Assembly: GCA_965215535.1 (NCBI GenBank)
Contig: OZ244063.1
Coordinates: 2,440,649 to 2,504,648 of the forward strand
Reading direction: 5' to 3'
Source of the DNA: Longimicrobiales bacterium
GTDB taxonomy: Bacteria; Gemmatimonadota; Gemmatimonadetes; Longimicrobiales; Gaopeijiaceae
DNA length: 64,000 nucleotides
Shown here: positions 10,119 to 16,843 of the stretch, in pieces
How positions within the stretch are numbered: position 1 is the stretch's first letter
Layout: each line of letters opens with the position of its first letter
Position numbers and translations under genes: made by a program
The notes under the pieces: model-generated
Database searches by the model: none
Seen by the model: the letters and a program-made list of their open reading frames with translations, nothing else
Told to the model about the DNA's origin: nothing

Positions 10119-10299
10119 CGCACTCCTTGCATTGCATATATGTGTGTAGGAAGCCGCGCCGCCCGCCGGCGGAGAAAGGAGCGGTTTGCGGCGCTTGCTG
10201 ATGGAAAGATGACAGGAAGATACTACATTCGCTCTGCATGTCCGCGCTCCCTGGTTTCCACAGCGCGCGCACCGGTCGATGACAGGGAGGATTTCAACA

Positions 10300-11073
10300 A
10301 TGACAATTGCCGCTGCGGTCCGAAGATGGGCGCTGGCCGTCGCTTTGCCATGCATCTGCGCCTGCGCCGACACAAGCGTTCCCACAGTCGGCTACGAGCT
10401 TCGGCGCACGCTGCCGCACGACACGGCCGCCTACACCCAGGGACTTTTGCTGTACGAGGGCGCTCTCCTGGAGAGTACGGGCCGCTACGGCAGCTCTCAG
10501 CTCCGCCTGGTGGAGATCGCGACAGGCCGGGTTCTGCGCAGCGCGGATCTGTCCGACGATCTCTTTGGCGAGGGGGTGGCCGTGGTGGGGAACCGCGCGA
10601 TCCAGCTCACCTGGAAGGCCGGGCTTGCCCTCGTTCACGATCTGGATTCCTTTGCCGTGATCGATACCCTGCGGTACGAGGGCGAGGGCTGGGGCCTCTG
10701 CTACGATGGCGCCTTCCTCTATCAGTCTGATGGCAGCGGCACCCTGACGCGGCGCGATCCGGTCAGCTTTGCCCCCCTGGACGAGTTGCGCGTCACCCGC
10801 AACGGCTTCTCGACGCGGGGTCTCAACGAGCTCGAGTGCGTGGGCGACGACATCTGGGCCAATATCTACCTGACCAACGAGATTGTGCGGATCGACAAGG
10901 CAACCGGGGCCGTGACCGGCAGTCTGGATGGGCTCGGGCTGGCTCTTGCAAGTCGGCGCTCGAGCGATCCCGGAGCGGTCTTCAACGGCATTGCCTGGGA
11001 CGAGGGCAGCGGCCACTTCTTCGTGACCGGCAAGCTCTGGCCCGAACTCTTCGAGATTGCGATTGCGCCGTAG
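10300..11073 (+). CDS. Glutaminyl-peptide cyclotransferase (beta-propeller bacterial/plant type), lipoprotein
   Basis: Diagnostic motifs are YTQGLLLYEGALLESTGRYGSSQLR, LNELECVGDDIWANIY and NGIAWDEGSGHFFVTGKLWP. The ATG at 10300 follows GGGAGG by 9 nt, and the signal peptide ends in ICAC. Confidence 0.85.
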   Translation: MTIAAAVRRWALAVALPCICACADTSVPTVGYELRRTLPHDTAAYTQGLLLYEGALLESTGRYGSSQLRLVEIATGRVLRSADLSDDLFGEGVAVVGNRAIQLTWKAGLALVHDLDSFAVIDTLRYEGEGWGLCYDGAFLYQSDGSGTLTRRDPVSFAPLDELRVTRNGFSTRGLNELECVGDDIWANIYLTNEIVRIDKATGAVTGSLDGLGLALASRRSSDPGAVFNGIAWDEGSGHFFVTGKLWPELFEIAIAP

Positions 11074-11181
11074 GGGATGCAGAATGGGGGCGCAGGCTGC
11101 GGCCTGAGTCGGGATGATTTGACGCCGAGCGGATTCAGATGGTAGGGTCATATCCCTGCGCCATCACGATCATTCGGGACG

Positions 11182-12303
11182 GTGCAGGTCACGATGTCCC
11201 GGTCAACGCGCCTGGGGCCAAATCCGCCGGAACAAGAACCTCCGAGCGGGCTGGGGGATCGAAATGACCCGAAAGACCGACGCAACCGGGGGGGGGGGAT
11301 CCACCGCCTGACCGCTCCCCTGATCGCCCTCCTCGCTGGTCTCCACATGGCCGCCTGTACCGATGCGGCCCCGCCCGCTGCGGATTCATCCCCACCCGTC
11401 GCAGAGACGGTCGGCCGCGCTGGCGAGCGCATCCTGGTCGATCCGCCGACCGAGCGGGTTGCCCTGCTGGGTGAACCGCCCCACGCCCTGGCGTATCCGG
11501 TGGCGGTGGCGGTCTCGGTCAACGAAGATTATGTCTATGTAGCCGACATGGGTGAATTCGTTGTGCGTCAGTTCACCATTCAGGGCGATTTTGTTCGCGA
11601 TTATGGCGGTGGCCAGGGAATGGGCCCCGGCGAGTTTTTCTCGCTGACCGATGCCGAGGTGGACGCACGCGGCAGAGTCTGGACGCTGGATCCCTCGCAG
11701 GGCCGCATTCAGCTCTTCGACGCAGATGGAACGGTGGTCGAGACCATCCGCACCCCCGGCAGCGCCACCGCCTTTGAGCGCATTCCGGGTGGCGGCGTCG
11801 TGCTGATGGTGCTTGACTCGCTGCTCTTTCGCGCGTTGACGCCTGCGGGCGAGGTCATTCACAACTTCGGTCGCGTTGCAGACGATCAGAGGGCCCGGGC
11901 GATCGCGCTTTGGGGATTTGTGGACAGCGACGGAGAGAATATTTTCTATAGCGGCACGTATGGCGGGTATGTGGGTCGCTGGTCAACCGACGACGGCACT
12001 CTTGCATATCTGCGCCCCTCGATTGTGGAGCAGGGGTATCCCGAGGTTGTCACGCAAAGTGGCGCAACCATGGTGGATCCCGAAAGCCGGCGGTGGGCAT
12101 CGTTCGGGCTGCATGTCGGCCGCGACACTCTGTATGTGCTTGGCGCTGCCGACGGCCGCCGCCTTGTGGATCTCTACGAAGCCGGGAGCGGCGAATATCT
12201 GTACTCGATTCCCCTGCCCGAAAGGGAGGTCAGCGCTCTTTCCGTGACCACCGATCATCTTCTGCTTGTGCACGACACGCTGGTGAGCATCTGGCGACGC
12301 TGA
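11182..12303 (+). CDS. Beta-propeller (NHL / 6-bladed type) lipoprotein, paralog 1
   Basis: Repeated blade motifs are present (GGGQGMGPGEFFSLTD, RIQLFDADGTVV) and the lipobox is LHMAAC. The start is ambiguous between GTG 11182, ATG 11194, and ATG 11264 (in another frame, which would need the G tract to be G12). Confidence 0.6.
   Translation: MQVTMSRSTRLGPNPPEQEPPSGLGDRNDPKDRRNRGGGIHRLTAPLIALLAGLHMAACTDAAPPAADSSPPVAETVGRAGERILVDPPTERVALLGEPPHALAYPVAVAVSVNEDYVYVADMGEFVVRQFTIQGDFVRDYGGGQGMGPGEFFSLTDAEVDARGRVWTLDPSQGRIQLFDADGTVVETIRTPGSATAFERIPGGGVVLMVLDSLLFRALTPAGEVIHNFGRVADDQRARAIALWGFVDSDGENIFYSGTYGGYVGRWSTDDGTLAYLRPSIVEQGYPEVVTQSGATMVDPESRRWASFGLHVGRDTLYVLGAADGRRLVDLYEAGSGEYLYSIPLPEREVSALSVTTDHLLLVHDTLVSIWRR
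11288..11298. repeat. G11 homopolymer inside the 5' region of the paralog-1 gene
   Basis: Counted directly from the sequence: cgcaaccGGGGGGGGGGGatcc. Confidence 0.95.
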
Positions 12304-12332
12304 TTGCCGCTTGTACATATGCGGCGGCGCAG

Positions 12333-13646
12333 TTATGCAAACATTCCCCCGGGCGCGCGCCGCTCGTCGGCCATGAAATCGGCAAATCCCCGTACATCGT
12401 CGGCTGCCTGGGCGATCCGCTCCACCCCGCGTCGGATTTCATCCATGCCATTTGCAATCGAGATGCGCAGAAAGTCCTGCCCCCCGGCTCCGACCTTGCC
12501 AAAGGAGGCCCTGTCCATCGTGGCCACGGCGTAGCGATAGAGAAGAAACATCTGCAAAAGCGCCGCAGGAGTTGTCCCCTGGCGCACCCGTTCGGGAAGC
12601 ATTGCGTGGGCCGCATGCACACCCAGCCGTTCGCAGAGCCCCGATACATCGGGAAAGACATAGAAGGCGCCCTTCGGCACCCGACACCGCACCCCCGGAA
12701 TGCGATTCAGCGCAGGCACAATCCAGTCGCGCCGCTCCTCGAAGGCCTCCACCATGCGCCCGACTGCGACCGCCGAGCGCGGGTCGGTATAGGCTGCGGC
12801 GCCGGCCTCCTGCAGAAAGGGGGGAACGCACGACACGATATTAATGTTGATGCGCTTGAAAAGCTGTGCTTCCTCTGCGGTGGGCAGCACCGCCCAGCCG
12901 AGCCTCCAGCCGGTCATGGCAAAGCCCTTGGAGTGGCCGCTGGCGATCACCGTGCGCTCCTGCATTCCAGGGTGCGAGACGATGCTCTCGTGGCGGCGGC
13001 CATCGAAGAGAATCTGTTCGTAGATCTCGTCGGAATAGATCCGGAGATCGGGGTGGCCGCGCTCGCGAATCACGTCCGCAATTGCGGCCAGCTCGTCGTG
13101 CCCCAGAACGCCGCCGGTCGGATTGGAGGGCGAACAGAGAATCAGCAGCCGGGTCCTGTCGGTCAGGAGCGCCGCCAGGTCGTCGGCGGTGAAGTTGAAG
13201 TCGCGTTCGGGCGCAAGTTGAAGCGGGCGGGGAATCGCCCCCACATAGCGCACCCACGATTCGTAGATCGGAAATCCGGGCGAGGGGTAGATCACCTCGT
13301 CGCCTTCGTCCACATAGCTTTGCAGGGTGTAGCCGATCGGCGGCTTGGCTCCCGGAGTGACGACAACCCGGTCGGGCTCGACCGGAACCCGGCGGGTGCG
13401 GGCAACGTGGTCGGCAATGGCCTGGCGGAAGAGGGGAATGCCGGCGGGATCGCAATACCCCGAGCGTCCGGCCGCGAGCGCCTCGGCGGCGATCTGGTTC
13501 AGGTGCGGAGGGCTATGGAAATCGGGTGCGCCCAGATTGAAGCGAATGACATCCATGCCCATCTCGACGCAGCGCGCGATGTCGTCGCCCAGGCTGAAGG
13601 CATTCTCGGTGCCCAGGCGGCGCATGCGACGGGCGATGACAGCCAT
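12333..13646 (-). CDS. Class I/II PLP aminotransferase
   Basis: The protein starts at MAVIARRMRRLGTENAF, and the SGHSKGFAMTGWRLGW motif carries the catalytic Lys. The ATG at 13646 has an AGGAAAG-like RBS. The track ORF start at 13706 is less likely. Confidence 0.85.
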   Translation of the reverse strand: MAVIARRMRRLGTENAFSLGDDIARCVEMGMDVIRFNLGAPDFHSPPHLNQIAAEALAAGRSGYCDPAGIPLFRQAIADHVARTRRVPVEPDRVVVTPGAKPPIGYTLQSYVDEGDEVIYPSPGFPIYESWVRYVGAIPRPLQLAPERDFNFTADDLAALLTDRTRLLILCSPSNPTGGVLGHDELAAIADVIRERGHPDLRIYSDEIYEQILFDGRRHESIVSHPGMQERTVIASGHSKGFAMTGWRLGWAVLPTAEEAQLFKRININIVSCVPPFLQEAGAAAYTDPRSAVAVGRMVEAFEERRDWIVPALNRIPGVRCRVPKGAFYVFPDVSGLCERLGVHAAHAMLPERVRQGTTPAALLQMFLLYRYAVATMDRASFGKVGAGGQDFLRISIANGMDEIRRGVERIAQAADDVRGFADFMADERRAPGGMFA

Positions 13647-13718
13647 GACAGTCTTTCCTAGCGAGAGGTCGGTCTGCCGGGCCTGCACCCCGTGCAACCT
13701 GCGCAACCTCGCGAGCCG

Positions 13719-14264
13719 CTACGGACGCCGTGCCGCAATTCCCATCACCTCGAAGCGCGCTCCGAAGAGCAGCGTGCCCGATCCCAGGAAGGCCCGCGCC
13801 GGAAACTCGCTCGTAAAGTAGGTGCGGTAGACGCTGTTGAAGGCGCCATAGTCGCCCACATCGGCTGCATAAACCTGCACCCACACAAGGTCGTCCATCG
13901 TGAGGCCGGCATCGGCGAGGGTGCTCTGAATGTTGTTCAGAACATTGGTGGCTTCGGCCTCGGCGGTTGCGGGCGGCGCTCCATTTTCCAGCCCCAGAGC
14001 TCCCGAGAGATAAAGAGTGCTGCCCACCCAGACCGCCCCGCTGAAGGGCGGCATCTGATCGCCATCGGCGGGCGAGCGCGGATTGACATGTCGGACCGCC
14101 ATATGCTCGGCGTGCATCTCTTCGTGCATGGCGTCGTCGTGGGCCATCTCCTGCTGCATGGCGCCCGTGTCGGCGCAGGCCAGCGTCAGGGCCAGCAGAA
14201 GCAGGCCGGTTGCCGGAAGGAGTGGGAAGCGGGTGTGGGGGCCGGTTGCTGACGGTGTGGTCAT
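13719..14264 (-). CDS. RidA/YjgF/UK114 family protein with signal/lipobox (LTLAC)
   Basis: The C-terminal roughly 125 aa match the RidA pattern (STLYLSGALG..., PARAFLGSG..., FEVMGIA). The gene lies 72 nt upstream of the aminotransferase on the same strand. Confidence 0.8.
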   Translation of the reverse strand: MTTPSATGPHTRFPLLPATGLLLLALTLACADTGAMQQEMAHDDAMHEEMHAEHMAVRHVNPRSPADGDQMPPFSGAVWVGSTLYLSGALGLENGAPPATAEAEATNVLNNIQSTLADAGLTMDDLVWVQVYAADVGDYGAFNSVYRTYFTSEFPARAFLGSGTLLFGARFEVMGIAARRP

Positions 14265-14343
14265 GGTGGTATTCTCCGGTGCGGGTGGACAGGTTGCGGG
14301 TATGGGTGGACAGGATTGAGAAGAAATCAGGAGGGAAGGTCCG

Positions 14344-15690
14344 ATGCGGAAACGAATCGAGTGGAGTCAGTCCGGCACAGTTGAAATGAACGGAAGAAGG
14401 TGGGGGAAACAAGCCCGACCGCTGCGACCCCGGCTTCGCTCCCGCTTGTGCAGGATGTGGCTATGCGGTGCGCTTGCACCCCTTGCCGCCTGCGGCGACA
14501 ACGGGGAACCCCCCTCCAGCGCCATGCAGGTCGTCGATTCGGCCGGGATTCGGATCGTCACCCATGCGGCGACCGATCGGGTGTATGCCACCGTGGCTGC
14601 CGAACCCGTCTTCTCGCTCGGTCTCCTCGATGGCCCCGCCGAGTTTCTCTTCGGGCGTATTGCTTCGGTGGCGATCGGGCCTGCGGGCACCCTGATCGTG
14701 GCCGATGGCCAGAGCAACGAGATTCGCCTCTTCGACGCAGAGGGCAACCATCTGCGCACCCTGGGCGGCCCCGGCGAGGGCCCGGGCGAATTTGGAAGGC
14801 TCGAACGCGCCTGGTCGCTGGCCGGGGGCGAGATTGTTGCGGCGGACCGCGCGCGCATCACCCGCTTCGGAGCGGACGGCGAACTGGTGAACTCCGAAAC
14901 CATCAGCGATTCGCCGCTTCGGGTGATCGGCCATGCAGGGCCGGATGCCATGTTGATCGGGGTTCAGTTGAGAGATGCTTTTGATGGGATGCGGGAGGGG
15001 ATGATGGAAGATGCGCTGATCAAATCGCAGATCGCATATCTGCTCCGGCACACCTCGGACGGTCTCCTTGATACCCTGACCCTTCTCAAGGGCCCGTCCA
15101 CCCAGATCGACGTTGAGGGGAGCGGCACCAACATGTCGATTCAGATAATGCGGGTTCCCCTGGCGCCGAACCCTTCGGCCACCACCTCGGCTGCGGGCCG
15201 GATCGCCGTCACCGGGGGCGCCTCGTACGAGATCATGCTCTATGGCACGGATGGCGCGCTGGAACAGATCGTGCGCCTGGCCGAAGAGCCGCCGCTGCGG
15301 ACAGAGGCCCATCTTGAGGCCTATGTGGGCAACTCTGTGCGCATGGGCCCTTCCGGGGAACGGGAAACCATGGACGCGGCCGCCCTGAATCAGGCCGTGA
15401 GCCGCTACGCCGCCATGCCGATCCCCGAGCGGCTTCCCGCCTGGAACAATCTGGTGATTGGCGACGATGGCCGGATCTGGGCGCGTCGCTTTGCGGTTCC
15501 CGGCACCCCGACGATCGTGCGCGACGTCTTCAGCGCCGAGGGTCACTATCTGGGCAAGGTCACGATGCCGACCGATGCGGGGCGGCAGCTTGAGCAGGTG
15601 GTGGAGGAGCGGCTTGTGGTGATCGCTACCGATGACCTCGGGGTCCAGCGAGTCGCGTTCCATGCATTGCAGTACAATTCCTCGCAGTAG
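14344..15690 (+). CDS. Beta-propeller lipoprotein, paralog 2
   Basis: It shares the GPGEGPGEF blade motif and overall layout with paralogs 1, 3 and 4, and its lipobox is LAAC. The true start may be an internal Met (for example MNGRRWGK). Confidence 0.6.
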   Translation: MRKRIEWSQSGTVEMNGRRWGKQARPLRPRLRSRLCRMWLCGALAPLAACGDNGEPPSSAMQVVDSAGIRIVTHAATDRVYATVAAEPVFSLGLLDGPAEFLFGRIASVAIGPAGTLIVADGQSNEIRLFDAEGNHLRTLGGPGEGPGEFGRLERAWSLAGGEIVAADRARITRFGADGELVNSETISDSPLRVIGHAGPDAMLIGVQLRDAFDGMREGMMEDALIKSQIAYLLRHTSDGLLDTLTLLKGPSTQIDVEGSGTNMSIQIMRVPLAPNPSATTSAAGRIAVTGGASYEIMLYGTDGALEQIVRLAEEPPLRTEAHLEAYVGNSVRMGPSGERETMDAAALNQAVSRYAAMPIPERLPAWNNLVIGDDGRIWARRFAVPGTPTIVRDVFSAEGHYLGKVTMPTDAGRQLEQVVEERLVVIATDDLGVQRVAFHALQYNSSQ

Positions 15691-15720
15691 CAATTCCTCG
15701 AATCCACAAGGCGATCTCCC

Positions 15721-16125
15721 ATGACCGATTCTCCCTCTGTCACCCTTGAATGGCGCTATCACCGCCCCGGCTGAAATGGCTGCAAGCGTACGCAGGAGTT
15801 TCTTGCGCAGAATGAGGTTGCAGACGCCGCCGAGATTCGCAGCGCCACCCGCGATCCGGTTCAGGCCGCCGAGGTGCCGACGCTGCTGGCCGGAATCAGG
15901 GAACTGTGCGTGGCGCGCGGCAAGACGTTTGTGCGCCACAGCCTGACCGGCCCCGACCGCCCCGGAGACGACGAGATCGTGGCGATGGTGACGAGCCGCT
16001 GGGGCAAGCTGCGGGCACCCGCGCTACGGGTGGGGACGACCCTGGCGGTCGGCTTCAACCGGGAGATGCTGGAGTCGATCTTCACAGCTCGTGGATCACA
16101 CCAAGCGGCATTCGAGCGGCGCTGA
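15721..16125 (+). CDS. ArsC/Spx-like thioredoxin-fold protein with an in-frame TGA at 15772-15774 (candidate selenocysteine; alternatively a pseudogene)
   Basis: The ATG at 15721 gives MTDSPSVTLEWRYHRPG, followed by TGA and then NGCKRTQEFLAQNEV...GKLRAPALRVGTTLAVGFNREMLESIF, all in one frame. The TGA falls at the first position of the expected redox xxC motif. About the last 12 codons are supplied by the adjacent tandem repeat. Confidence 0.4.
15791..15807 (+). other. Hairpin 17 nt downstream of the in-frame TGA (bSECIS-like candidate)
   Basis: The sequence cgcagg-agttt-cttgcg forms a 6-bp stem (one G-U pair) with a 5-nt loop. An outer ctgc/gcag pairing could extend the stem. Confidence 0.25.
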
Positions 16126-16725
16126 ATCCGCGCTGGACGCTGCGCTCTGCGTTGCTCCTTGTCCACATAGCTGGGGCTATGCGGACTGCGAAGCGCCTTG
16201 CCAGCCCGGCCCATCGCCGCTCTCGGTGCGCACTTGGCGTGATCCACGAACTGTGGACAGCCCGCGATCACACCAAGCGGCATTCGAGCGGCGCTGAATC
16301 CGCGCTGGACCGCTGTGCTCTGCGTTGCTCCTTGTCCCCGTAGCTGGGGGCTATGCGGACTGCGAAGCGCCTTGCCAGCCCGGCCCATCGCCGCTCTCGG
16401 TGCGCACTTGGCGTGATCCACGAACTGTGGACAGCCCGCGATCACACCAAGCGGCATTCGAGCGGCGCTGAATCCGCGCTGGACGCTGCGCTCTGCGTTG
16501 CTCCTTGTCCACATAGCTGGGGCTATGCGGACTGCGAAGCGCCTTGCCAGCCCGGCCCATCGCCGCTCTCGGTGCGCACTTGGCGTGATCCACGAACTGT
16601 GGACAGCCCGCGATCACACCAAGCGGCATTCGAGCGGCGCTGAATCCGCGCTGGACCGCTGTGCTCTGCGTTGCTCCTTGTCCCCGTAGCTGGGGGCTAT
16701 GCAGGCTGCGTCGTGCCTTGCCCGC
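16084..16725. repeat. Tandem array of about 3.7 units of 172/174 bp in alternating A/B variants (higher-order period of about 346 bp)
   Basis: Unit phase markers 'gatcacaccaagcggcattcgagcggc' occur at 16094, 16266, 16440 and 16612. Each unit contains the 15-nt inverted repeat GTGGATCACaCCAAG / CTTGGcGTGATCCAC about 123 nt apart, plus a junction hairpin GTGATC..CCACgaactGTGG..GATCAC. Confidence 0.9.
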
Positions 16726-16843
16726 CGCGCGGATTCCTGATTTGCGACTGCGCGCCGCTGTTGCATTGTCTATCTTTCAGGGATTCCGCCGCGCTTCTGC
16801 GCGGTGCATCCCCACTGGTCCCGCATCCAGAGAGAATCTCGTC

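Noticed and set aside
12306-12325. A hairpin GCCGC-N10-GCGGC between convergent genes, considered as a bidirectional terminator.
   Set aside because: The stem is only 5 bp, the loop is large and there is no U-tract, so it is too weak to call.
16084-16725. The tandem array considered as a CRISPR locus.
   Set aside because: The period is 172-174 bp with no short repeat and unique spacer organisation. The whole unit is repeated, and there are no cas genes in the window.
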